Positions 1 through 11,381 of a stretch of DNA of 64,000 nt are shown here, piece by piece (within the stretch, counting starts at the first letter, position 1; each line of letters starts with the position of its first letter). The notes under the pieces were generated by a model, which made no database searches, had not been told where the DNA came from, and was given only the letters and a program-made list of their open reading frames with translations. The translations under genes and the position numbers were made by a program. Source of the DNA: Neocallimastix sp. 'constans'. Lineage: Eukaryota. The stretch spans positions 1,798,001 through 1,862,000 of the forward strand of contig JBODTK010000001.1 of NCBI GenBank assembly GCA_050613775.1. Reading direction: 5' to 3'.

Positions 1-463
1 TAAATCTACGATTTATTTCTAATACATTATGTGTACATTATTATTTTTGTACTTTAATAAATTTTTAAATCCAAAGATCAAAAATTAAATCAAAAATTAT
101 ATTAAACTTTATATTTTTATATTAAATCTTATATTAATAGTAATATTTTTATATATTTAAAACTTATATTAGCAATATTAATAATAAATCTTATTTTTTT
201 TATATTAATAATGAAAATTTATATTAATAATATTTTTATATATTGATAATTAAAAATTTATATATTATATTTTAACTTTTTATTATAAAATTTTATATCG
301 AAATGTTTTATTTTATATTGAAAAATATTTTATTTTATTAAAAACCTTTATATTAGAATAGTATTTTTATTTTTATTTGAATATTTTAACAGATTGTAAT
401 AAAAATTATAGCCAATTAAATAAATTCTTATTAGTAATATTTTAGATATTTTTAAATAAATAA

Positions 464-536
<73 letters not shown>

Positions 537-836
537 TTTTATTAATATTATAAATGTATTTTATTTATATTGTTATAATTAAATTTTATATAATTAATTA
601 TAAAAATCAATTTAAATTTAATAGTTTTTAAAAAAAAAAAAATAAATAAAATGTAATTTAGTGGCAAGAACAACTTTTATGCCTTGAAAAAAAGTATAAA
701 TAGTTGTAAATTTTGCTACTAATTTTTAAATATCATCAAATAAAATCAAATAAATTTATAAATAAAAATAATAAATAAATAAATAAAATTTGTGTTTCCT
801 TACTTTATTTTTATTTAATTCTCTAAAACCTTAACA
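1..836 (+). repeat. 5' LTR (partial)
   Basis: Matches 7183..7999 except for the internal poly(A) length (69 vs 50 nt); ends CTTAACA. Confidence 0.95.
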
Positions 837-842
837 TTTATA

Positions 843-860
843 TGGTGGAGATATCGGGGA
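843..860 (+). promoter_or_regulatory. Primer-binding site, probably for tRNA-Ala
   Basis: TGGTGGAGATATCGGGGA 6 nt after the LTR; its reverse complement TCCCCGATATCTCCACCA resembles the eukaryotic tRNA-Ala 3' end (…CCGGCATCTCCACCA). Confidence 0.8.
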
Positions 861-1856
861 ATTAAATAGAAATAATAGTAAATAACATAGATTTTTTTTT
901 AATTTTTTTTTTATTTTATATTGATAAACAAGTAAGTCGTTAATCCTTTGATTAACCCATGGCGCTTGTTTGATATATATATATAAAAAAAATTTTTTTT
1001 AAATAAGTAAAATTAAGATTCTAAAAAAACAAATTTTGTAAAATTATAACAAGGAGCGGATAGAGCTCATACACAGTGTATTCTCAGATAGCAACAAATT
1101 AACTCTATTCATAGTAGGTTATTGAATAGTAGTTAATTTGGAGATTAATTGGAAAGTAGACGAAGGTATTTGGTTACCGACCCGGTAATAATAGTTCAAC
1201 CTTCAACGTTTCAACACACGAAGGTGCGGGTACTTTCCAAGCACTGGCGAATAAGGAGCTTACGTCACCGAAGGCGTAAGATTGTTTTTTTTATATAATT
1301 TTTTTTACTTTTCTTTGTGCTAGTTATAAGGCACTTTATTATATAAAGTATCAGACTTTGGCTAACTTCGCCATTTAAATTTTTTTTATTTTTTTTTATT
1401 ACTGGTACTTTATTTGTTATATAATTCCTGTAATAGAATCTTAATTTACTTTGAAAATATTGTGTTTTTAGTTAATTTTTATTAGTTAATAAAAATATTA
1501 TTGAATACTTTTAAAATTTTTTTATTCCGTACATAGATTATCGGATTAAGTTTATCCTACATAGTAATTGGGCTAGTGGGCTCTGAACTGCTATATTTTA
1601 TATTGAATATAGTAATCGTGGCACACGCGTGGCATGACACCATTAGGTAAGCTGCACGTCAGACAGTGTGTACTATCAGATTGTACGACAATAAAGATTA
1701 TTTTTTTGTATTTAATAATTATAATTAATTAATAATTTTATTAGCTATAACAATACAATATTTATCGTTTAAAAAGAAAAATTTTTGAAAGGTGAAAATA
1801 ATAAATAAAACTTTGCTTCTAAATTTATTACTACAAATATACTAAATTACAAAATT

Positions 1857-2046
1857 CAAGTGGTCGATAAAGATTTCGAGCTTGAAAAATATTCTATTAA
1901 GTTGTCGATAAAGATTTCGAACTTAAAATTATTCTATTAAGTTGTCGATAAAGATTTCGAACTTAAAATTATTCTTAAAAAAGTAGTCGAAAAGAACCTC
2001 GTGCTTTATAATTTCTACTAAGTTGTCGATAAGGATTTCGAGCTTA
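1857..2046 (+). repeat. Five tandem ~40-bp hairpin-forming units in the retrotransposon leader
   Basis: Unit NAAG-TDG-TCGA-N8-TCGW-R-CTTN repeated five times. Confidence 0.9.
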
Positions 2047-2227
2047 TACTTACTAAAGAAAGCAAATAAAATTATTATTTTCAAAAATTACTAAGATATA
2101 TTGTTTTAAAATTTGATTCGATATTAAATTACTTGTTAAATTATATTTTTAAAGTTGGACTTTCAAATTTATTCGTATTTAATAACCTCGTTAATTTACA
2201 ATAAAAAAATTATTAACTAAAAACGAA

Positions 2228-3133
2228 ATGTCTACTAAAAGTACTTTAAGTTTTAAAGAATTAAAGAAAGAATTACGAGACATAGTGAAGCTTAGCAAGG
2301 ACAATTTAGATATAAAGTCCTGGGCTACTGAATTAAAACTTTGGATCAAGATACAAGGTATCACAGATCCGGAAACAATATTTAATGCTTGTTTACTTAC
2401 CAGCTCTGGTGAAGTACAACGCGTTATTGAAGATTTGGGAGAAGATAGTGATGATGAAAGTGATGATTCATCAGATGAAGAAGAAGATGATGAAGAAGAA
2501 AATGTTGATGATGATAAATTTCCTTCTCTTGAAAAAATTATTTCAAGTCTTGAAAATTTTTACGGTATTAAAGAAGACCAAAATTTACTTCTTAAAGAAC
2601 TTCGTGCAATGCGAATTAAAAGAAACGAAAAGATTAAAGACTTTAATGTAAGATATAGAACTTTGTACACTAAACTTGATAAAAAGAGAAGAAAGCGCAT
2701 TGGTGTACTAGATTATATTGACTCTATTCAAAATAATTATGAAGCCTGGAAGAAATTATCCCTTAAAGATGATATAAGTATGGAGAAAGCTTTCAAAATT
2801 GCCGAGAAAGTAGATAGACTTTCTGTAAGGAACAATAATATTAATACCTATAATGTTAATAATTCCCAGCATAATCAAAATAATCAAAACAGTACTACTT
2901 CAAGACTTTATCCTAAAAGAAGAAACGAAACTTTCCAAACAAGTCAAACAAATAATAAACTGAAACCTCAAGATATTATAGAAGAATCAACCCAGAAAAT
3001 GAGAAATTTATCTGTTAAAACTTGCTTCTTCTGTAAGGAAGAAGGTCATTACTCATACTATTGCCCTCAATTAAATAAGATTATGGAAAAAAATAAAAAA
3101 GAAATATATTCCAAAAAGTCTTTAAACTTCTAA
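2228..3133 (+). CDS. gag: Gag with acidic tract and C-terminal CCHC zinc knuckle
   Basis: 301-aa ORF, CFFCKEEGHYSYYC (CX2CX4HX4C), located after the PBS and upstream of pol. Confidence 0.93.
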   Translation: MSTKSTLSFKELKKELRDIVKLSKDNLDIKSWATELKLWIKIQGITDPETIFNACLLTSSGEVQRVIEDLGEDSDDESDDSSDEEEDDEEENVDDDKFPSLEKIISSLENFYGIKEDQNLLLKELRAMRIKRNEKIKDFNVRYRTLYTKLDKKRRKRIGVLDYIDSIQNNYEAWKKLSLKDDISMEKAFKIAEKVDRLSVRNNNINTYNVNNSQHNQNNQNSTTSRLYPKRRNETFQTSQTNNKLKPQDIIEESTQKMRNLSVKTCFFCKEEGHYSYYCPQLNKIMEKNKKEIYSKKSLNF

Positions 3134-3173
3134 ATGGGAGCAGAAGCACTCCCAATGACAAAACAATAGCTTC
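3121..3173 (+). promoter_or_regulatory. -1 programmed ribosomal frameshift signal (T_TTA_AAC plus H-type pseudoknot)
   Basis: Heptamer in X_XXY_YYZ phase with gag; 7-nt spacer; stems TGGGAG/CTCCCA and GAAGC/GCTTC; -1 frame open from 3121 into pol. Confidence 0.88.
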
Positions 3174-6100
3174 ATTAAATAATTTACAAAATAATACTTT
3201 TACCAAGAATACCCCAATTGATAATAATTCCTTTAATAAAGAATCTGAAGAATCTGATTTTAGTGACACAACTGAAAGTGAGGATAATATCATTATAAAT
3301 GCTATAAAAAGAAAAATGAATGATAATAACAGCGAAAAGGAAGAAAATAATTCCAAGAAAGTACATAAAAGTTTAAAAGATAATCCACGTCCTTTCGCAA
3401 CTCCTGCTTTAAGAAAGAAGAAAGAAAATGAGCTACATAATAAACCAAATAAAGTTTATAAAAATCAAATACTTCCTTCAATTTTAACTCAACCAAATAT
3501 TAACAAAGAAAAACAAAAAGAAAAGGAATTAAGAAATATAACAAGAGTAAGAGAAAGTAAAGAAGAAAACAACAATTATTCATCAAAAGGAAAGAAAAAA
3601 GTTGAATCTGAAGATATACTTGTAATCGATAATGAAATAGAAGATATAGAAATGAATAAAGATAATCAACAAAATAAAACTAATACTTTGGAAAAATTAA
3701 TTTCAACAAAAACTAAAGAAACTAATAATGAAAATACTCAGTTAGTAAAAAGGAATATCAAAATGATGAATAATAAAGAACCTTACAATATTATGGATGA
3801 TTTAAATAATCTTAAATCCAGTATTACGATAGGTCAACTCTTGAATGCATGTCCGAAAATTCGTTCACAATTAACTCAAGGTTTAAAGTTAGAAAAATCT
3901 AAAATAATTGGAACTGTAGACAATGTAATAGCACGAACTTTATTAGTGAATAACTATGATCATAGCTACATAAGTAAAAGTAATGAAGTAGCCGAAGAAG
4001 ACTTAGCAATGGTTGATGCAAGTGTTGACGGAGTACTAGGAAAACTTTTAATTGATTCTTGTAGTAACCTAAGCATCGTTACTAAGCAGTATTTTGATAA
4101 ATTACCTGGTGAATATGAAACAGTTGGAAAAAGTCGTGGAAGAATCCAACTAGCAACACAAGATGAAGAATACTCGGAAGGAATTATTGTTCAATTACCA
4201 GTAAAAATTAATAATTATGAATTTAATGCGGACTTTAGAATTATTGAGAAAGAAGACTCATTTTATGATATGTTAATAAACTTTAAAACTCAAATCGATC
4301 ATTGTTTATTTATTCATCCGACCTTAAACAGTTTATGTAAACTTTTGTCAGAAAGTGAATACGAAGAAATAGCTAAAATAAATAATCAATATTATGATGA
4401 AGAAAGTATAATTTGCACTATTAGAAAAGTTAAAGAAACGAATAATGAAAAGGAAATTATAAAGGAATTAACTCCAATGGAATTTATTGAGAGTGATGAA
4501 TTTTTAAGTACCTTAAATAAAGATTATAAAGAACAAATTATTAAAATTCTCAAAGAAATGATTGACATAGTTGCCACTTCAACAGAAGAACTAACTCCTT
4601 CTAAACTTTCACCACATAAGATCCGTTTGAAAGCAAATGCAAAGCCAGTAAAATTAAGAAGTTATAGGTTAACTAAATTAAAATCAGATATCTTAAAAGA
4701 AGAACTTACAAAGCTTATTAAGAAAGGATTGATAGAACCATCCTGTTCAGAATGGTCATCTCCAGTAGTACTCATTCTAAAACACAATGGAAAGTGGCGC
4801 TTGTGTATTGACTACCGAAAAGTCAATGATATGACAGAAAAAGATTCTTATTCAGTTCCATATATAGATGAAATTTTTGATAGTCTCGGAGGATCTAAAA
4901 TATTTACAACTCTTGATTTATTTTCTGGTTTTCACCAAATCTTAATGGATGAAGAAAGCGTTGAAGTAACCACTTTCACTACTAAGTTTGGAAATTATCA
5001 ATTTAAGGTTATGCCTTTTGGACTTACTGGAGCTCCCTCAACCTTCCAAAGAGAAATGAATAAAATTTTATTCCCTTTTATTGGTGAATTTGTTTATGTA
5101 TTTATTGATGATGTTTTGATCTATTCAAAAAGTATCGAAGAACATTTAATTCATATTAAACAAGTATTAGAAGTATTTAAAGAAAACAAGTTAAAAATTA
5201 ATATTGAAAAGTGCCATTTTCTTCAAACTGAAGTTGATGTATTAGGTCACAAACTTACTACTAAAGGATTAAGTCCCATGGAAAGTAAAATAACAGCTAT
5301 TAAGAAGTGGGAAGCCCCTTCATCAATTCATGAATTAAGATCATTTCTAGGAGCAATAGGGTATTATCGTGACTTTATCCCTAAATATGCTCAAATTACC
5401 TCACCTTTATGTAAATTATTGAAAAAGAATACTAAATATGAATGGAATAAAGAACAACAAGAAAGCTTTGAACTCCTAAAAGAAAAATTAATCAATGCAC
5501 CTATTCTAAAATTTCCGTCATTTGACAAACCTTTTATCATTAGAACTGATGCTTCGTATAATGGAATTGGTGGAGTTCTTTTACAAAAAGAAGAAGAAAC
5601 CGGTAAGGAGCATCCAATACACTTTATAAGTAGAAGTTTGAAGAAAACTGAAAAGAATTATGGTATCACAGATTTGGAAGGAACAGCTTTATTTTACTGT
5701 ATGACTAAATTTAAATCTTATATTGAAGGAAATCCATTACCTACAACTATTTACACAGATCATAAACCATTAGTTGGTTTATTTAAGAATAAAGAACCTT
5801 TGAATGCAAGGCAAACAAGATGGTGTCTAACCGCTAGTATGCTTGGAATTAATATAAAATATGAATCAGGCAAAAAGAATGTGTTAGCTGATGCTCTTTC
5901 AAGAATGAAAAGTAAGGAAGAGAGAAAGATATTATTAACAAAAATTACTAATGGAAATAATGAAGAATTATTATCTAAGGTTATAAAGGAATTTATTAAT
6001 GAAAAGTTTACTGTTATTGATGGTGAAGATTACTTTATCGACAATGGAAATTATAGAAAATTAATAACGGACGAAAATGAAAGGTTTAAATTAATTTTAG

Positions 6101-7131
6101 AAGCTCATAATATTGGCCACGAAGGATATTACAAAACATATCAAAGACTTAAGAAAAACTTTTATTGGAATCATATGATTAAAGATATCAAAAGAATTGT
6201 TAGTAATTGTGAAAAATGCCAATTAAATCGTCCTCAACCATATCCAGAACCAACCGAAAACCATCCAACTAAAGTGGAGGGTCCCTTTGTGCATTTAGGA
6301 TTAGATATTATAGGACCGTTACCAAAAACAAGAAATAATAATCAATATATTATAGTAACTGTTGATTACTTTACCAAATGGGTTGAAGCCGAACCCACTG
6401 AAAACATAACTTCCTCTGATATAATTAAATTTTTAATAAACGTTTTTGCAAGACATGGTGTACCTCAAGTTATTACTACTGATAATGGAGTCCAATTCAC
6501 TTCTGATATGACTAAAATCTTTCTTGATCTTTATGATGTATATGTTAAATTTGTAGCTACTTACCACCCTGAATCAAATGGCCTTACTGAAAATCGAAAT
6601 AAAGAAATTGGAAAATTACTCCGTTTATTAGGAAGGAAAAATCAAGATTGGGATGAAGTTTTACCTTCTGCTTTATGGGCACTTCGAACTACCAAAAATA
6701 CAGCTACTGGACATTCTAGTTTTGAATTAGTATATGGAAGAGAAGACCAACAGCCTTATGATATAGCCATAAGAACAATTGAAAATGCAGGTAAATCATA
6801 TGATGAAATCTTAATGGAAAAATTTGTTCGTCATTATCAATGGACTAGAGAAGCATGCGAAAATGTGAAGAATGCTAACAAGTATTGGGCAACAAGACGA
6901 GAAGAACAAATAAGTATGAAAAAAGGAAAAGAATTAAAGGCTGGTGATCTTGTTCTTGTTAGAAACTTTAGCCGCACTAAGCTAGAACCATATTACAATG
7001 GACCATTTAAAATTTTAAAAATTCAATTCAACACGGCAACCCTAATCGATCAGAAGACTGGAAAGCAACTCGATAGGAATGTTCACTTTAAAAATTTAGT
7101 AAAGTTTAACTCCGCTTACAGAGAAGCTTGA
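3121..7131 (+). CDS. pol: Pol (aspartic protease, RT, RNase H, integrase), most likely expressed as a Gag-Pol fusion
   Basis: LIDSCS protease site, WRLCIDYR, VMPFGL, FIDD, RTDAS, TDHKPL, HHCC, D-D-E (LDIIG/TDNG/LTENRN), GPF; frame is open upstream of the Met at 3316 back to the slippery site. Confidence 0.95.
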   Translation, partial: FKLLNGSRSTPNDKTIASLNNLQNNTFTKNTPIDNNSFNKESEESDFSDTTESEDNIIINAIKRKMNDNNSEKEENNSKKVHKSLKDNPRPFATPALRKKKENELHNKPNKVYKNQILPSILTQPNINKEKQKEKELRNITRVRESKEENNNYSSKGKKKVESEDILVIDNEIEDIEMNKDNQQNKTNTLEKLISTKTKETNNENTQLVKRNIKMMNNKEPYNIMDDLNNLKSSITIGQLLNACPKIRSQLTQGLKLEKSKIIGTVDNVIARTLLVNNYDHSYISKSNEVAEEDLAMVDASVDGVLGKLLIDSCSNLSIVTKQYFDKLPGEYETVGKSRGRIQLATQDEEYSEGIIVQLPVKINNYEFNADFRIIEKEDSFYDMLINFKTQIDHCLFIHPTLNSLCKLLSESEYEEIAKINNQYYDEESIICTIRKVKETNNEKEIIKELTPMEFIESDEFLSTLNKDYKEQIIKILKEMIDIVATSTEELTPSKLSPHKIRLKANAKPVKLRSYRLTKLKSDILKEELTKLIKKGLIEPSCSEWSSPVVLILKHNGKWRLCIDYRKVNDMTEKDSYSVPYIDEIFDSLGGSKIFTTLDLFSGFHQILMDEESVEVTTFTTKFGNYQFKVMPFGLTGAPSTFQREMNKILFPFIGEFVYVFIDDVLIYSKSIEEHLIHIKQVLEVFKENKLKINIEKCHFLQTEVDVLGHKLTTKGLSPMESKITAIKKWEAPSSIHELRSFLGAIGYYRDFIPKYAQITSPLCKLLKKNTKYEWNKEQQESFELLKEKLINAPILKFPSFDKPFIIRTDASYNGIGGVLLQKEEETGKEHPIHFISRSLKKTEKNYGITDLEGTALFYCMTKFKSYIEGNPLPTTIYTDHKPLVGLFKNKEPLNARQTRWCLTASMLGINIKYESGKKNVLADALSRMKSKEERKILLTKITNGNNEELLSKVIKEFINEKFTVIDGEDYFIDNGNYRKLITDENERFKLILEAHNIGHEGYYKTYQRLKKNFYWNHMIKDIKRIVSNCEKCQLNRPQPYPEPTENHPTKVEGPFVHLGLDIIGPLPKTRNNNQYIIVTVDYFTKWVEAEPTENITSSDIIKFLINVFARHGVPQVITTDNGVQFTSDMTKIFLDLYDVYVKFVATYHPESNGLTENRNKEIGKLLRLLGRKNQDWDEVLPSALWALRTTKNTATGHSSFELVYGREDQQPYDIAIRTIENAGKSYDEILMEKFVRHYQWTREACENVKNANKYWATRREEQISMKKGKELKAGDLVLVRNFSRTKLEPYYNGPFKILKIQFNTATLIDQKTGKQLDRNVHFKNLVKFNSAYREA

Positions 7132-7149
7132 GTCTTCGTCGGGGCATCT

Positions 7150-7645
7150 TGATAAGAATGTACTAAATAATGCATTCTTAATTAAATCTACGATTTATTT
7201 CTAATACATTATGTGTACATTATTATTTTTGTACTTTAATAAATTTTTAAATCCAAAGATCAAAAATTAAATCAAAAATTATATTAAACTTTATATTTTT
7301 ATATTAAATCTTATATTAATAGTAATATTTTTATATATTTAAAACTTATATTAGCAATATTAATAATAAATCTTATTTTTTTTATATTAATAATGAAAAT
7401 TTATATTAATAATATTTTTATATATTGATAATTAAAAATTTATATATTATATTTTAACTTTTTATTATAAAATTTTATATCGAAATGTTTTATTTTATAT
7501 TGAAAAATATTTTATTTTATTAAAAACCTTTATATTAGAATAGTATTTTTATTTTTATTTGAATATTTTAACAGATTGTAATAAAAATTATAGCCAATTA
7601 AATAAATTCTTATTAGTAATATTTTAGATATTTTTAAATAAATAA

Positions 7646-7699
<54 letters not shown>

Positions 7700-7999
7700 T
7701 TTTATTAATATTATAAATGTATTTTATTTATATTGTTATAATTAAATTTTATATAATTAATTATAAAAATCAATTTAAATTTAATAGTTTTTAAAAAAAA
7801 AAAAATAAATAAAATGTAATTTAGTGGCAAGAACAACTTTTATGCCTTGAAAAAAAGTATAAATAGTTGTAAATTTTGCTACTAATTTTTAAATATCATC
7901 AAATAAAATCAAATAAATTTATAAATAAAAATAATAAATAAATAAATAAAATTTGTGTTTCCTTACTTTATTTTTATTTAATTCTCTAAAACCTTAACA
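7150..7999 (+). repeat. 3' LTR, 850 bp
   Basis: Starts TGATAAG and ends CTTAACA (imperfect terminal inverted repeat, TG…CA). Confidence 0.92.
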
Positions 8000-9457
8000 T
8001 TTTTAAGATTCGTTACACAAATGGTAATGCATTTTTTAATAAGTATTCTTGCATTGTTTTATTAAATTCAATTTCTGGATGATTACTCATGATAGTTGCG
8101 ATTATCCCAACCATTATAGGGGAAGAGTAAAAAGTTTCATCACGTCTTTTCTTAATAATTTCATTATTGATAAGAATTTCGGAATCTACAAAGTATGGTG
8201 CATAGATATCAACTTCCTTTCTATGATTAGAGAAACCTGCCTTTTTATCTACATCTTTCCTTGGAATTTCTCTTCCAGAATCAAATTCTCCAACACAAAT
8301 AGTATTGTTATAAATACAAGGAGCATAGGCTACTCTAGAAATACAATTAACATCTAAATCTTAATTACCTACTGCTACAACAACAATAGCTCCTCTTTCG
8401 GTAATTTCATCAATCAATTGCTTATGAAACTGATGATCTTATGAAATCTTATCATTCAAGCCAATAATGATATCAATGACGGTTTTATGTGGTCGAATCA
8501 TGTTTTCAAAAATATATCTTAAACCGGTTATTAAATCCGAATATTTAAAACTATTGAATTCGTCGGATGGAAAAGCAATACTATATAGACCAGCAGATCC
8601 ATTATTTAATCCTCCAACTGAATTTGCTACATATTGACCATGTTGAAGCTGAATATTTTCACATCTAATGTCATTATTAAACTCCACTTCACTCTTACCA
8701 TTTTTAATTACAGCTTTACATTTGGCACTACGGTCTTCGGTATTTGAAAACTCTTCATATTCGAAATTAAACTTGGTATCAATAATAATAATATCAATGC
8801 CTCTACTAGCCGAACTTTGATCATAGTCATCATCCAAATCCTGATTACACTTTCCTTGGGATAACAAGGGCAAATGAAAATCGTCATTTTCCCTAATGGT
8901 TAAGTTTTTTCAATTTGTCTTATCTAAAATTTCCTGTTCATCATAATAATGGTTTTGGTCTTCAAAATATTAATCTTGTAATACACCGATAACATTACCT
9001 ATTTTTTTTAACTTTTTCTGATAATTTTTTAGGAAGATAACCGAGGAGAATTACTTTATCACCAGAAGATGATATAGGATATATTAATTCCGACTCACCA
9101 TAATTGTATAATTGTTGTTGATAATTTCTCTTTTTTAAATTAGCTTCCTTTTCTATATCTTCTAATTTTTCGGGATTCTTATAGGTATCTTTATTTTCTA
9201 CAATCAAATCATGTATTTCGTCAACCAAAGAAAATACAAATTTATTTGCTTCCAATTCTTGACGTTTCATATTTTTTGGTTTAGAGATAATATTAAACTC
9301 CCCGATTGTGTTTTTAATAAAATTAAAATAATATTGATCATCTTTTTTAATTATTTCACCATTATTAAATAAAGGAACTATACTTTTAGCAAAAATTAAA
9401 TTTATTACCAATAGGCAAATAATTAGTATAAAAAAAATATTTATTATTATATATCAT
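8000..9457 (-). pseudogene. Subtilisin-like (S8) serine protease pseudogene abutting or interrupted by the LTR element
   Basis: Signal-like N-terminus; IDIIIIDT (Asp), HGQYVANSVGG (His), VVVAVGN, AGFSN..VDIYAP, degenerate ETFYSSPIMVG; several stops and frameshifts. Confidence 0.85.
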
Positions 9458-10142
9458 TTTTAATTATTAATAATTATTATTACTAATTTTCATTAATTAT
9501 TAATTATTATAAATTATTATTAATTATTGTTATCATTATTAATTATTATTATTATTATTTATATATTCAACATATTATTTTGTTTTTAATTTTATATTTT
9601 AATTGTTTTAATTCTATTTTTCTTTTTCTTTTTTTTTTTTTATTCTATATTTAAAAATATATCTGATAAGATAATTTTTTTTATTTTTTATTTAAATATT
9701 ATTTATTTATTTATTTATTTTTTTATTTATTCATTTTATTATTATCATCATCATCATAAATAAAAGTACTATTTGTTCCTTGTTATACTTTTATCAAATT
9801 TTAATATACCATATAAATAAATAAATAAATTAATAAATAAATAGTATTATCTATTTATTTGTTTTTTTCATTCTATACATTTAATATATGACAAATTAAT
9901 ATGTAATATTAAATACTATGAAATATTTAATAATATGCAATGAGTGTCAAAAATTAACATGTCTACAATTATTTATTATAATAATTATTTTATTATGAAA
10001 TTAAAATATTTAATATATATTTATAAATATTATTATTCAATTATTTTTTTTTTATTTATATAAATATAATTATTTTTTTTATTATCATTATTTTAATTTA
10101 TATTTACATGATTAAAAAAAACATAAATATATATCATGTAAA

Positions 10143-10702
10143 TTTTTTTTTTTTTTTTACTTTCGGTGTGTACCGCTCTTTGCTCCCCTCAAAACAGAGA
10201 ATATTAAGGTAGTCACAACACTTCCTTATGCTTTCGCATAGGTGGATATCGTCCCTACTGGAGAGCCTTACTGTGATTCAGCATTGGCGCTCTGACATGC
10301 TTATAATTGTGAGAATTTTCTAGTACGCTTTTTTCCTTTAAGTGATTCTCCAGTTCCTAACTACTGTTGAAACGAGGCTAGTCTTTGCTAACCCAAGAGA
10401 AACGCACTAGCTCACTTTTAATTATAGTATTTATAGTCAGAAAGATTGCGTTTTGTAGACTTAAATCTACAAGCATATGATTTTCATATGCCGGAACTCC
10501 CTCGTAAGTATATTAATGACAGTACATGCGCAACCCTCTCAGGCCCACAGTTAGGACAGTATCTTGTCTATATTACTTAGGAGATATGAGAATAATAATA
10601 TATATATAATGTGAGGGGAATACTTACCTGTGTCCTAACCACCATGTTCCTAAAAAACCTTAGTGAGGAAAAATCGCAGAAAATAGTCAAAAGACGTGAT
10701 CG
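10143..10702 (-). mobile_element. 560-bp non-coding, structured, poly(A)-tailed retroposed element (SINE-like)
   Basis: GC-richer island; T16 at 10143-10158; 11-bp direct repeat TATCATGTAAA at 10132-10142 and 10703-10713; many hairpins; no ORF of 60 aa or more. Confidence 0.75.
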
Positions 10703-11381
10703 TATCATGTAAAAATAAAATTTATATCTATCATAGGAGATATTATTTATTAAAATTTAACTTCCTACAAATAAATATTAATATTTAAATTAAATCAAAA
10801 TTATTAATATTTGTTTGATGGAATCATGAATTATGCATATGCATAAGATAAAATATATATATATATATATATATATTTTTATTACCATGAAAGTTAATTA
10901 AATATTATAATAATATTTATCTTAAATTTGATTGTACATTAAATCCATGATAAATCCATAATACATAAATACTTTTTTAGTAAACTAAGGAGACATGGAA
11001 ATAATAAAAATAATAATATTAAAGGATAAACTTACATAATTTGGATTAATAGAAAATATAATGATAAAGTTCTGATTTACACTATTTAATTATTATTTAA
11101 TATTCCATGTATAATTGTCTATTAATAGAATTATTTATTATTATTTTAACTATTAATTTTAACTATTATTTTAACTATTATTTTTATTATTAAATTATTA
11201 ATAAAATTGTTTCTTATTTATTTCTTTTTACAGTTTCAAATAAAAAAAAATTAACATTAAATTAAAATTCATCCAATAAAATTCATTTTTAAAATAAAAA
11301 ATTAATTAAAATTAATTGTTAAGAATAATAATTAAAGTTTAATATTATTTAGTATATTTAATCAAGGTTATAATTTTGATG

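Larger units (their letters stand above)
1..7999 (+). mobile_element. Ty3/gypsy LTR retrotransposon, apparently intact and very young (first ~33 bp of the 5' LTR lie outside the window)
   Basis: Direct repeats 1..836 and 7183..7999; PBS; gag and pol with PR-RT-RH-IN order; no chromodomain visible after the integrase GPF motif. Confidence 0.97.

Noticed and set aside
1857..2046. CRISPR-like repeat array
   Set aside because: Intervening sequences are ~12 nt and similar to each other, there are no cas genes, and it lies inside a eukaryotic retrotransposon leader
10385..10405. Telomerase template (CTAACCC) or hairpin-ribozyme loop B (AGAGAAAC)
   Set aside because: Template incomplete and the partner motifs are not correctly placed
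10620..10702. U1 snRNA gene (ATACTTACCTG)
   Set aside because: Similarity stops after 11 nt; no U1 stem-loops or Sm site follow
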